Origin: Selaginella moellendorffii
Lineage: Eukaryota > Plantae > Lycopodiophyta
Length of the DNA: 64,000 nt
Assembly (NCBI RefSeq): GCF_000143415.4
Contig: NW_003314278.1
Location: 2,252,408 to 2,316,407, forward strand
Direction: 5' to 3'
Below, in pieces: positions 35,965 to 48,124 of the stretch; position 1 is the first letter of the stretch, and every line of letters begins with the position of its first letter. A model generated the notes under the pieces. The model was given only the letters and a program-made list of their open reading frames with translations, was not told the DNA's origin and searched no databases. Both the position numbers and the translations under genes were made by a program.

Positions 35965-36310
35965 TTTCGAGCATTGCTGTTATAAGTCTAGTCTCGTGAA
36001 TTTATCAAAGAACTGATTTGGTCCCTCTCATCACAGTCGTCCTCGTCCATCGCAAGTGATAGACGCTACATTGGGATTGAGCTTGCGAGCTTTCACTCCA
36101 GCACAGGCAGCTCGCGGCATATCCTTCTGGACCTTGGCAGCGGCGAGCCAGGTCATTCAAGGGATGGCGCGGCATGGTATCGGCAAGGTCCTCGGCCTAG
36201 CATCCCGGCTCGGGTGACTCCATAGTCGGAGGTGATGGAAGACTATATGCCATCCTTGAAGATGGCGAACGCTGACCTCGTCCGGTGGCAGGACGAGATG
36301 CTCAATGGCG
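35965..36310 (-). pseudogene. Inverted, decayed copy of the 3' end and 3' flank of the PPR at 36955
   Basis: Reverse complement matches 38320-38830 (tccgactatggagt, gccgctgccaaggtcca, aagctcgcaagctcaatcc, agcgtctatcac, taacagca.tgctcga). Confidence 0.8.
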
Positions 36311-36340
36311 ATGGAGTGTTTGGAGTGTTTCCCTTGTCAG

Positions 36341-36925
36341 CTAGAGCTCCGGCAGGCTGTCTTCGGCGGGAAGCTGGATAGCTGGGCCTCTCAGGAGAAC
36401 GTTTCGGTGTGGAAGCTCTTGCGCCCTCGAGCAGATATGGTTGGCGAGGAAGGGCAAGGCCTTGTCCGGGATCCAGTGGACTTCAAACAAGGTGATTCGG
36501 GCGGCGTGGGTGGACCTGATGATGTACGCGATGCAGAACTGGCTGAAAGTTTACAAGAAGAAGGAGACCAGCAAGATGGAAGACGCTCACGAGCTGCGCG
36601 GCAAGTTCGACTCCAAGTGGCTGGTGAACCAGTTTTGACTGACAGGGTCCCGACGACGATTGACAGGGACGCTCACTCCAAGAACAGTATGAGCAGAGAA
36701 GCAGGAACTTACAGCGTCAGCAGCAATCCGGACGAGAAAGGACCGCTCTTTATAACACTTTGTACACACGACGGACAACGATTGTTATACTTACAAAAGA
36801 TGGTGGAACGATCAAAGTCGACAGCTAACTGGTAGAAAATAATCTTCTTCTTCTTCTTTTACAGCCTGGGATCTATAGCAAACATAGTTGAAGTGATTGA
36901 TCCTCCAAGATCAAAGCCTGGGAGA
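36341..36925 (+). pseudogene. Frameshifted duplicate of the SPL last exon and 3' UTR
   Basis: Near-identical to 33741-34520, with a frameshifting deletion near 36424 and a premature end. Confidence 0.9.
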
Positions 36926-36954
36926 TAGGCAAACGTTACAGAGGAGGATGTAGA

Positions 36955-38760
36955 ATGCGCTATAGATTACTTGCGTTCACTAGAGTTCGCTGCTTCCACC
37001 GCCACCACCGACGATCTTACAGTAGCCTCAGCCGCCGGGGACTCGTGAAAGTCGAGCCATGGCGGAAGGGAAAGACCAACAAGTTCACCATCGACGAGGA
37101 GCAGTGTAGGAGCCGGATCAGGCAGGCGGTGGAGGAGCTTTGCACCGATGGCTGCCGGGCGGACATCAACACGTACGCGTCGCTGCTCCAGCAGTGCGGC
37201 AACGCGGGCGCTCTGGCAGAAGGCAAGCGCGTCCACGCCCGGATCCTCCACCTCGGCCTCGAGGCCGACAAGCTCGTCGCCAACTTCCTCATCCTCATGT
37301 ACGGCAAGTGCAAGAGCGTCGACCTCGCCACCCAGGTGTTCGAGCGGATGCCCAGGCGGAACGACTACTCGTACAGCATCATGCTCCAGGCATTTGCCGA
37401 CTGCGGGCAAATGCGGCTGGCGCGGGAAGTCTTTGACAAGATGCCGCTCCAGGCCGATATCTCGTGGACCGCGCTCATCTCCGGCTACGCCAAGAACGGC
37501 TTCCTCGAGGAGGCCGAGGCGATCTTCCGGAAACTCCCCCGCCGCCACTTCGTCGCCTGGACCGCCCTCGTCACAGCGTATGCCCAGAACGGGCAAGCTA
37601 CAAAGGCGTTCCGGACCTTCCAACTCATGGACCTGGACGGCTCCCAGCCCGACTCCATCGCCTTCATCAGCGTCTTGGATGCCTGTGCGACCGTATTCGC
37701 GCTGGACGCGGGGAGATTGGTCCACAGGACAGTGGCGGATGCCGGAGTGAGCCTGGATGCCCGAGTTGTCAACATGCTCATCCACCTTTATGGACGCTGT
37801 GGCGCTCTTCGCGAAGCTCGATCCCTCTTCGACAAGCTGGACGAGCGCAACGTTGTCTCGTGGACCACCATGGTCGCCGCCTATGCCCAGAACGGCTACC
37901 CGGACGAGGCCCGAGCCATCTTCGATGAGATGCCTCGCCGCAACCTTGTGTCCTGGAACGCCATGGTGACGGCCTACGCCGAGAATGGCCGCGGGAAGAA
38001 GGCGCTCGACATCTTCCGGCTCATGGACCTGGAAGGCACCCAGGCTGATGGATTCACGTACTTGGGATCGCTGGATGCCTGCTCCACGATCCCAGACCTG
38101 GCCTACGGGAGACTCATCCACGCCGAGATCCGCGAGAGTCGCAGCTCCAGCGATCCCAAAGTTGGCAACGCGCTGCTCAATCTCTATGCCAAGTGCGGCC
38201 ACCTCCGGGACGCGGTGGCGCTGTTCGCAACGATGCCGATGAAGATCCTTGCGGCCTGGAACACCATGATCGGGGCCTTCGCTCAAACCGGCCACGGCAA
38301 AGAAGCCATCGAAGTCTTCGAGCATCTGGCGATGGAAGGCCTGCTACCGGACGAGATTAGCTTCATCAGTGTTCTCTCCGGCTGTGCCTACGCCGGGATC
38401 TTCAAGGACGGGCTCCGGATCTTCGTTTCCATCACGTCCGACTATGGAGTGACCCGAGTCTACGACCACTTCGTGTGCGCTGTGAACATCCTGTGCCAGG
38501 CCGGGATGCTGGAGGAGGCCGAGGAGCTTGCCGATACCATGCCGTTTGTGACCGACGCCATCCCGTGGATGACTTTGCTCGCCGCTGCCAAGGTCCAAAA
38601 CGATATGCCGCGAGCTGCCCGTGCTGGAGAGAAAGCTCGCAAGCTCAATCCTAATGTATCGGCGCCTTACGTGATGCTGTCCAGCGTCTATCACATGCGG
38701 CGCCAGCAAGCCGGCGAGAGCGAAGACGAGGACGAAGAGGTGATCCTGTCCGAAAGGTGA
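36955..38760 (+). CDS. PLS-class PPR protein (E domain, no DYW) with a putative mitochondrial presequence
   Basis: Arg/Ser-rich N-terminus, P/L/S motifs (YASLLQQCG, MYGKC, NVVSWTTMVAAYAQNG), WMTLLAAA, APYVMLSSVY. Confidence 0.93.
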   Translation: MRYRLLAFTRVRCFHRHHRRSYSSLSRRGLVKVEPWRKGKTNKFTIDEEQCRSRIRQAVEELCTDGCRADINTYASLLQQCGNAGALAEGKRVHARILHLGLEADKLVANFLILMYGKCKSVDLATQVFERMPRRNDYSYSIMLQAFADCGQMRLAREVFDKMPLQADISWTALISGYAKNGFLEEAEAIFRKLPRRHFVAWTALVTAYAQNGQATKAFRTFQLMDLDGSQPDSIAFISVLDACATVFALDAGRLVHRTVADAGVSLDARVVNMLIHLYGRCGALREARSLFDKLDERNVVSWTTMVAAYAQNGYPDEARAIFDEMPRRNLVSWNAMVTAYAENGRGKKALDIFRLMDLEGTQADGFTYLGSLDACSTIPDLAYGRLIHAEIRESRSSSDPKVGNALLNLYAKCGHLRDAVALFATMPMKILAAWNTMIGAFAQTGHGKEAIEVFEHLAMEGLLPDEISFISVLSGCAYAGIFKDGLRIFVSITSDYGVTRVYDHFVCAVNILCQAGMLEEAEELADTMPFVTDAIPWMTLLAAAKVQNDMPRAARAGEKARKLNPNVSAPYVMLSSVYHMRRQQAGESEDEDEEVILSER

Positions 38761-39152
38761 TGATCCTCGGTGAGACAAGCGATCGATCGCTAGATTTCTT
38801 CTGACGGTATTAACAGCAGTGCTCGAGGGAATAAATCGAGCCAGTTTTTCGCGATCCATGCTGGAACAATTTTCCAGACAATGATCCAAGAAAGAAGGAA
38901 ATGACTAGAGACTAGATTTCTAACTAGGAACTATCTATCTTAGCTAAGTGCTGGAATCAAGCGAAACAAGAGGGAAAATTTCCAAACAACGATCCAAGAA
39001 AGATTGCATGGATAGAACGAGCTTACTCTAGATTTCCATAGCGATCGCGCCAGCTTAAGAAAAGAGTTTGAAAGTGGACACAATTAAATTTGCCGAGCAT
39101 ACCCCCTTTAAGCCTAAATATTTGGGTCCTTTTTCTTTCTCCCAGCTAGCGA

Positions 39153-40413
39153 ATGAAGAAAGGCGTGACAGGGATCTTCTACGCGATCAGCGAGCAGCAG
39201 GAGCGATCGGTTTTCCTCCGCCACTACTCCGTCGCGCCTGCGCTCCTTCGCTACTTCAGCTCTAAGGGATCGGCCTCCTCCACCGGCGAGACGCACACGC
39301 CGCCGCCATCGGTGAAACCCAGTAACAGCGGCAGCGCTGGCGGCGATGGCAATGACAAGCCTGTGCTCTCACATTACTGGGGGATCGTCACCAAGAGGCC
39401 GGTTCGCGAGGATGGCAAGGCTTGGCCTTGGAATTCGTTCAGGGTAAACTAAGCTCTTCTTTTTGGGTTTTGGTTTTCTTTGCTTTGTGCTAGCTTGATG
39501 AATGGATGGATTCTTTTGTCTTTTTTTTTTCTTGCAGCCTTCCGATGCTTACACTCCAGATGTGAGCATTGATCTCAAAAAGCACCACACTCCACTGTCG
39601 TTCGTGGACAAGTTCGCCTACTGGACCGTGAAAGCGATGCGTTTGCCCACAGACATTTTCTTCCAGGCAAGATATCTTTCTTTCTTTCTTTCTATCTTTT
39701 GAATATGAATGAGCATGTTTATGTTGAATCCTTGCGAAGTTCCTGGGGATCAAACGAGTTTTTAGTTTGCTAGTCTTATAAACTTGGACTGATTTTATTT
39801 TTGCAGCGACGATACGGCTGCCGAGCGATGATGCTCGAGACTGTCGCTGCGGTCCCGGGGATGGTCGGGGGGATGCTGCTGCACTGCCGCTCGCTTCGCC
39901 GGTTCGAGCACAGCGGGGGTTGGATCAAAGCCCTGCTGGAGGAGGCCGAGAACGAGCGCATGCACCTCATGACTTTCATGGAGGTGGTGCAACCAAAGTG
40001 GTACGAGCGAGCGCTGGTGTTTGCGGTCCAGGGCGTCTTCTTCAACGCCTACATGGTGTGCTACATCGCCTTCCCCCGCCTCGCGCACCGCATCGTCGGC
40101 TACCTCGAGGAGGAGGCAATCCACTCGTACACCGAGTACATCAAAGAGATCGACAAGGGAAACATCCCAAACACGCCGGCGCCCGCCATCGCCATCGACT
40201 ACTGGAGGCTGCCAAAGGACGCCAAGATCCGCGACGTTGTCCAAGTTGTCCGCGCCGACGAGGCTCACCACCGGGACGTGAACCACTTCGCAGCGGTAAG
40301 CCTCGGATGCAAGAAGAAGGGATGGGAATTCTAACGAGTTTGCTCACGCCCAGGATATTCATCTCAAAGGCAAGCAGCTGCGAGAGGCCCCCGCTCCTCT
40401 AGGATACCACTGA
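39153..40413 (+). CDS. AOX: Mitochondrial alternative oxidase (4 exons), CysI-to-Ser type
   Basis: [40 protein letters not shown], ends [12 protein letters not shown] intron donor at 39667. Confidence 0.96.
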
Positions 40414-40541
40414 GGATCACTGGAGATCGCCATAGCCAAGTAAAACAAGGTCAGGACTTTGCTATCTTCTGCAAGCTCGTTTCATTTACTAGAAGTTTCG
40501 ATTTGCTTTCAAGAGTGTTGCTTTCTCTGGAAACCATTTGC

Positions 40542-41715
40542 TCAAACGTTTTCTTCTTGACAGCGTTTGAGCAGAAAGGCTTCCACTGTCATGCCCGGTC
40601 CAAATGCCACAAGAGCTCCCCACCGGCATGGATCTTCGCCACCTTTCACCGCTCGTCTTCTCACCTCGTCAATCACAAAGAGGCACGCCGCGCAGGACAT
40701 GTTTCCACACTCGGCAAGAACGTGTCTGCTCGCAGCAAGCTTGTGGCGATCGAGCTCCAAAGCTTGCTCGACAGCATCCAGGATCGCTGGTCCGCCCGGA
40801 TGAACAGCCCAAAACAAATCGTTGTAGAACGGGAAGCCCGGAAGAACTCGAGACATAACTTGGGCAATGTTGGTGGATATGGCTCGAGGCACCTCCCGCG
40901 AGAGATCTACGTGCAAGCCGCTGGGCCGGAGTTTGATCGTGATGTGCTCGCTGGTGTCAGGGACTAGAACTTGAGCCGCGGAGGAGATCTCAAAGAGTGG
41001 TTTTTCCTGGAGCTCGAGAGAGAAGCTGGAGCCGACGATGACGGAGCTGGCTCCATCGCCGAAAAGAACCGTGCTGATCATCATCGACACGTCGCGGAGG
41101 TCCTCCTCGTTCTGCCGATCGATGTGCGGCGATGTGATATCACAGCATGCGACGAGGACACGCGCTCCCGGAGAGCTGTCCACGATGGTTTTAGCGATCC
41201 GGAGTGCCGTTCCTCCGGCGGCGCAGCCTTGGAAGGAGATGGCGAGCCTCTGGACGTCGTGGCGGAGATTGAGAAGCTTGGCGAGGTGGATGTCAGCTCC
41301 GGCCTCGCTAGTGTTGGAGGCGAAGACGGCTCAGGGCTGGTCGTCCCCACTCATCCAGAGCGTTTCGTGCAGCTCTGGCCGCTAGCTCTGGGACTCGCTC
41401 GTTCGCCACCGCGAAGCCCTTCTCCAGGGACCGGGAAGATGTTTCGTCTGGGTCGAAGCGCGGGAGCACGGAGAAGTGCTGCCTTTCGATGCCCGACTTC
41501 TCACCTTCGCGAAGAGACAGTGCGCTGGGATGAGCGAAACGAGCAGAAGAGTGAGTGGCAACTTACAAAGTTTTCGCATCTTTGGCTTGATGAGAGCTTG
41601 CCCGTGCTCCTCCGCCTCGCTGAAGTAGGAGTCGACGAAGTCTCTCTGCGAGCAAGCATCTGATGGGAGAGCGGTGCCGATGGAGAGGATAAGTGTGTCA
41701 ACATTCTCTACGCAT
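40542..41715 (-). pseudogene. Type III polyketide synthase (CHS-like), frameshifted
   Basis: ILSIGTA, conserved intron in the Cys codon (T|GT), QGCAAGG, LFGDGA, HPGGPAIL, GNMS, AFGPG. The frame breaks near 41330 (ITHL segment lost, giving TAG) and the upstream ATG is out of frame. Confidence 0.8.
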
Positions 41716-42275
41716 TATATTCTGTGAGAGAACTTTGTCCAGTGTGCTTGGGCTGACTTGCTTGATCTCACTGTGATGTCACTGATACAAACACTTCCAA
41801 CGTAGTTATAACGGAAACTTCAGACGTATGATCCTAGAAAGAACTCCCAAGTTGCGATTGTGATGATCAAATGCGAGTACAACGTTTCAAGGTTATCACG
41901 AGATAAGCTAGGAAAGCTTTGATCGGAAACTCTCCACTTACTTTTGATAAATAGATTTTGACACCAGATCGCCATGTCTGCTCGTCACTCTTCACTGGAT
42001 CATCACATTGCGAGAAGCTTTGATCACGGTCGAGACGAATCCATTCTTCTGGAGCTATATCTTGTCGCATGGATTCTCAGGCACCGGCCACCATCTTTCT
42101 CCTACTTTAAACACCAAACTTGAGCATGGAAGTCAAAAGTGGCAGCAAGGGAGCTTCCAATTTCCCTGTGACGCGGATGGACGGACTTTACACTCTCCAG
42201 TCGAGCTCCTTTTTCACTGCCACTACTCGGAGCTCGAGAGAAGCTCGAGGAACAACTGATCAGTGACTATAAGGA

Positions 42276-42740
42276 TCATGGGACAAGCTCGTCTTCTGTT
42301 GCAAAGACGTACGCGTTCCCTGTATGGCTCGGGCCCGACGGCGGGACTGGAGTGTTCTTGGGCAGCATCTGCGAGAAGAAAGAGCCACCGCGATCGTCCC
42401 TGGGAGAGTCGAAAGAGAAGCGCTCGCCACCGCTGTGAAAATCCAGCTCCGAGGTTGGAGAAGCAGCAGCAGCAGCTTCTTCTCGGCGCGATCGATGAGA
42501 GTAGCTTGCAGAAGGAACTGTTGCTGTGTCGCTTGATTTTGGAGCACCGGGAGTGAAAGAACTCGGTAGACTTCTCGAATCTGTGTCACTGCTGCCTAAG
42601 TGCCTCCACTGAAAGCCAAATCTCCTCGCAGCACACTGTGAAGTCTTCCACTGGAATCCCATCAGTATCCACAAGCTCAAGACCACCAACACCGGCCGAA
42701 AGCTTCCTCTTGTCCTCCTGCTGCTAAATCCAAAAGCCAT
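42276..42740 (-). CDS. IDA/PIP-like secreted signalling-peptide precursor
   Basis: Hydrophobic signal (VLVVLSLWILMGF), low-complexity middle, C-terminal FSQMLPKNTPVPPSGPSHTGN resembling IDA FGYLPKGVPIPPSAPSKRHN. Confidence 0.75.
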   Translation of the reverse strand: MAFGFSSRRTRGSFRPVLVVLSLWILMGFQWKTSQCAARRFGFQWRHLGSSDTDSRSLPSSFTPGAPKSSDTATVPSASYSHRSRREEAAAAASPTSELDFHSGGERFSFDSPRDDRGGSFFSQMLPKNTPVPPSGPSHTGNAYVFATEDELVP

Positions 42741-43521
42741 GCTCGCCGACGCCGACGATGATTTGAGCTGACAAGCGAGCATGGAAGTGGAGGGAGTTGC
42801 CGCTGCTGCTTGTCTCGAGAGCCTTGTCGTCATCTCTGGAGCCGGACCACAGGGAATAGATTCGATGACGAAGTGCGCGAATCGTGAGACTAGATAGTGG
42901 CTGCCCAGCATCGCGCATGGATTGAGGAGCACGCTGTTCTTCCGAGAGATAGTGAGAGAGCATTAACTCCTCCGTGTTTCCCTCCAGTCCTGCATGGAAA
43001 CAAACCGAAGCAAGGCTCCAACAACACGTCAAGAAGAAAGGAAAAAGAAATGCGAGAAAGAGTAAGTTACTGCGGCAATGCTGACTCCGTGAGGAAATGC
43101 GAGGACAACAGTTGGTTTACCACTGTTTTGCGAAGACTTTCGAGCGCGGGGCCAATGGGGAGGCCTCCACAATCCATCGTGGGAAGGAAGAAGGCAGCGT
43201 TCCAAGCGAGAGTGGATCGAAAAAACCTGCGAGTCAATGGTGGCAGCAGCAGCAGCCACACAGACGCTAGATTCAAGGCCCGGAATTATTACAATAGTGC
43301 CACCTTTTGGAAGAAAAAAAGAAAAGAAAAACACGAGACAGGCTTTAGCTTCTCATCAACGAAACGCATCTCATCACTCACAGCGTTAAAAAGGAGTTTT
43401 TTGCGCGCTTTCTATCCATCGCTGTAAAAGTTTGAATGCACTGGGCAAAGATCAATGAGTAGAATAAGCAAGGAAGCGAAAGTTTTCTTACCGTGAAGAA
43501 GAACAAGGGAAAACTTTGGTT

Positions 43522-44555
43522 TCACGAGAGCCTGGCAAGCATCTTAACTTGCTCGCTCACTGCTGCCAGTTCCGCTTCTTTGTTGTCAAGTCGAGCTTGG
43601 AGCTTGTCATTCTCGAGCATGAGCTTTTGGACCTCGGCCTCTTTGTTTCGCTTTCCAGCTTCCAGGCCGCCAACACGAGCTGTTAGCCTGAAAAGCAAGA
43701 TAGAAAACACTATTACAAAAAGAGAGGATTTTTTCTAGATATCCTTCACGCAAAGCTTCCTGTGAAAATCGATATGAAAAGAGGAACAAAAGGAGATGAG
43801 CTTTACCGCTCGGAGATTCTCTCCACTTCTTCGATGCGTCTCTCCATCGATCTTATGGTCTCGCGAGCTTTTACCAGGCTATCCACGCTCGATCTTAGAA
43901 TCCCAAAGTCACGCCGGACTTTGGAGAGCTCCTGCTCGTTCTCGTTGGCACGGTGCCGCTGCCGCGACGTCTCCATCTCCATGTCCTCGAGCTTGACTTG
44001 CATCTCCTTTAGAATCCCGCTGGTTCCCACCGCCACCCTCTCCATCTCCTCCACGCGACACCACATCTCCTCGATCTGTATAGACTTCCTCGTCACCTCC
44101 TCCTCGCTCATCCTCGCCCGGACTTGCTCCACCTCCACCTCCGCCTCGGCTATGATTGCCCTCTTGAGCAAAGCTTCCATGGCGTCCGCGACCTGTGCCA
44201 CCGCCACCGTCGTCCTCTGGACGTACTCCACCTCGCCTCGCTCGGACAAGCTTCGCAAGACGTTACTCTCGATGGCGGCCACGAGTTCGTCGCTCAATCC
44301 CCGCGCTCCTCCGGCACAATCGTTCTCGTCTGGATTCGTCGCTGCCCCTTTGAGCCAATCCGCCATTGGGACGCCCCTCTTGTCGACATAGCCGACGCCT
44401 TCTTTCTTCCGGATGCCGCACGAGGCGAAGGCGTACCTTGGAAGAGCCATGACTCTGGCCTTGGATTTGAGGTACGCGAGGAGCGTCTCCACTGTGGTGG
44501 CTCGATCCTGCAGCACTTGCAGTCCCTCCATTCCCGTGGCTTTGTTTTTCACCAC
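43522..44555 (-). CDS. Conserved plant coiled-coil ('myosin heavy chain-related') protein; 5' end uncertain
   Basis: TLLAYLKSKARVMA...SCGI...GVGYVDK.G, long heptad region, final exon EVQKLMLEN..L...LD.KEAEL.A..EQ. Confidence 0.75.
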
Positions 44556-45445
44556 TCCACCGATTCAACCGCTTACATTCTGTGGAATAAGTGTCTTTCT
44601 GCCCTAAAATGACTTGACCAATACCTGAAGCGAGAAAGGTGGCAGCTTCCCATTTGTAAGGATTTCGTGTGTACTTATCCTGAAAGCCTGGAGAAACATT
44701 GACTAGTGGAATATGGTCTCTAACCTTTATATTAGGCACTATTTGTATATTGATATTTTGTATGACCATATAAGTTATATAATTATATTATTCAATTTTT
44801 GGTGTGATATACCTAGAATTTTCTTGGATATTCTAGAATATTCTAATGGTTGTTATTCATTTAGATTAATTATAATTATAAACATGTTTATAATTTATTA
44901 AATTTCCTAAACACGTCCTAGTATATTCCAGTTTATTTTACCAGCTAATGGTGGATATTCAATAAGATTAATCTTGTATTTATAAATTATAAAATATTTA
45001 TAATTATAAACCTCCATTTGATCAATTAAATTAATAAATAGAAATAACAATATTATTAAGCAAACCAAAAAACTAAATTAACACAAGTTGTGAAGATATT
45101 TCTTAAACTAAATATATATATGAACATTAAGTTTATATTATTATTTCCAGAAAATTTATAATAGTAATCATTCCTACTTAAAATAACTCTAAGATTTTCT
45201 TATTCAAAAACTTTTTAAAAAATATTTTCCAGGATTTATATTTTTTTTTCTGATACAGAATAGGAGACGTTTTGCCTCATGTTTTTCTCTTTGAAAGCTC
45301 ATCTATATATTCTTGCACAATTTCTTTAAATAAACATTTATATTGAGTATCTTGTAAGGTTAACCATTTTGGGCTTCTTTGCAAAGTATACTTTTCAATT
45401 ATTTCTATTTAATACAGAAAAAAGTTTTTTAAATAAAAAATATAT

Positions 45446-47385
45446 TGTGAATGCATGGAATATGGAAAGGGAATACAAAAATTATACATATCAATTAGCC
45501 CAAAAACCCTAACTTATATACAGAAGCAAGTGGTCTAGATTGAAACTAATCCAATAGCTACCAAAATCCCACTACGCTAATATTAATATATGGCATTATT
45601 GTTGTACACTTGGCCCTCACATCATTCCCTCCTCTTGGAATAATGAAAGAGCATTAGGGTTCTCTTGTAGATGGGCCGGGATTGGGAAGAATGTCAGAAG
45701 GAGGCATTGGCGGATCTGTAGGTGGTATTAACTGCTCTTGATCCCTTGGTATGAAGCATTTTAACCATTGCACATGCACAATCTTTGGAGGATCGGTTTG
45801 TTAGACGTCATGCAGAACCTCATAAACTTGCAGTCCAACTTGCTATAACATCCAATACAATCCTTTCCACTGAGCAAGGAGCCCCTTAGATAAACCATGT
45901 ACCGTAAGATGGGGAAAACAGATTAATACCAAGTCATCCACTTTGTATTCTGCAAGTGGACGATGGTAGGAGTTGTAGCACCGTTGTTGTCCCACTTGTA
46001 CGCAGCTTAAGTGTTTAGCAGACTTTGCTCGGACAAGTGGAAGAATGCTTGTCAAATACTGATCTTACGACCTAGCATTGCCAGCTTGTGGCAATCGTGA
46101 AGGTAAACCCAGCTCCGTTGGTAATATTGGATCATGACCATATAAAAGTTTATATGGTGAAGCACCAACAGAACTTTGCACCCTTATGACATATGCATAT
46201 CGAAAAAATGGCAAATAACTATCCCAATCCGAATGCTGAAAGTTCACGTACTTCGTAATCATTTCTTTGAATGTCCGAACAAGCCATTCCGCCAAACAGT
46301 TTGATTGTGGATAATAAACACTTGTGAAAGTGTGGTGTATCCCCAACCAAGACATTAAAACATAAAATGCTTCAGCCATAAATGTGGGACCATTATCTGA
46401 AAGAATCTGCTCTGGACAAGAATGTTGGAACACCACTCGATTGAGGAAGAAGTATCCAACAGTAGTTATAGAGGTGCTAGCAAGAGCACCAACTTCCACC
46501 CAATGAGTCAAGTAGTCAGAAGAAATAATAACATACTCATTGCTAGTAGTCGATCGTGGAAAAAGTTTCAAAAGATCAAATGCCACCAACTTAAAATGGA
46601 TGGGAAATTGCAATTGACTCCAACCATCCTTCTGAGGCACGAGGGGAGTATTACAGGCTTGGCACCAAATGCAGGTACGCACATACTAGATAACATTATG
46701 TCACATCTCTAGCCAGTAGAAAGACCTGCGTAGCTTCTTGGTCACACGACGATATCCCATATGTCTGTATAGAATAGGAGAATTATCATAAGCATGGAGA
46801 AAATGTGGAATAAAGACAAGCCATAAAGGATCATCAGAATCCATCCCCACAAAATAAAGAAGGCCATTCTTAAGATGATATTGAGAATATAATGGCAAAT
46901 CATCAGCAAGTGAGGCAGAACTCTCAAACCCATCTTAGCCTTTGAATCCACAACTCAATCTTTTGAGCCTTGCGAACCTCATCAATAGAAGGTAAATCTT
47001 GCTCTGCACCTTGTGGACACTAAACATCAAGTATAGAAACTGCTGACAACATAGAATCCTTGTTTAGAAAATCCACAGATGCTGGAATAATACGCTCATT
47101 AGAAACATGAGAAGAGAGCGAAGAAGGAAGAGGAGCTTGAGAAAGGGCGTCAACCTCAGCCATAGAACTCCCTTGGCGATGAACAACATCAAAATTATAT
47201 ATTTGAAGCTTCAAAACCCACTGAGCAGTACAACTAACCAGGTTCTTTCACTTCAATAATGAAGTAACGGCAGCATGATCAAGTAACATCCGAGAACGAT
47301 GTAGATATGCATAAAGTTTTTCAAAACCCCAAATTGCTACTAAACACTCCTCTGTTATGGAATAATTCACCTCCGCTATATTCAT
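45446..47385 (-). mobile_element. Degenerate Ty3/Gypsy 3' portion (RNase H, integrase, PPT, 176-bp 3' LTR)
   Basis: WVLKLQIYNFDVVHRQG..VDALS, H...C..CQ, DYLTHWVE, ILSDNGPTF, YYPQSNCLAE, SPYKLLYG. PPT AAGAGGAGGGAA precedes a TG...CA LTR at 45446-45621. Confidence 0.9.
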
Positions 47386-48124
47386 GCCTAGGAAGGACCC
47401 ACTAGTGCCGTGCTAAACAACTACAAACTAACCTATTTGCCACTCATAGCAAACCCAAGGAGGTTTGCTTTCACCCATGGTACATGGAACAACTTACAGA
47501 ACCACAAGAACCATCAATCGGCTTACATTAATCCTGCCAACTCAAAGTATAATTTCGAGTTGCTAATGTGCCTCACTCACGAGCCCAAGCGCAAACTCGT
47601 GTAAACGGAACAACTCAATCCACCCTATGAGCCCAAGAGCAAGCTCACATAATATGGAGCAAAAAGGTAACCAAATTTCATACCCAAGGAACAATTGCGA
47701 AGCTTTTGCACCAAAACGTGTACCCACTCGGATCATTGTTTTCATCTCTGCGTATGCAACGAGACTAGTTGCCCAATCTCATTGAATAGTACTCGCTGAG
47801 ACTCTGCTCTGATACAAAATGTAGCACACGTGGTTTTTAACCTTTATCCTATGGTGATTTACCATAGGATAACACCACGAAGCGGAACCTAAACCCTCTT
47901 TGTGCCACGTGTCACATGCCACGTGTCCATAGGAACCCGAGGTTCAGGGCCTTGGGCCGTTGAACGAAGGAACAGTGCCAAACTCCCAAGCGTGGAGCCA
48001 AGGAGTGATGGAACCGGACCACGGAGCAACTCCTGAGCATACAGCCCAAAGAGCAAAGGGACAGGGGCTCGGAGCGACTTGGAACAGTCTTGGAGCAACT
48101 AGCATCCTAATGCCAGGACCAGCA

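Noticed and set aside
42138-42224. Imperfect hairpin (agtggcag...gagct / agctc...ctgccact) as a miRNA precursor
   Set aside because: The stem is short and bulged, and it matches no miRNA I recognise.
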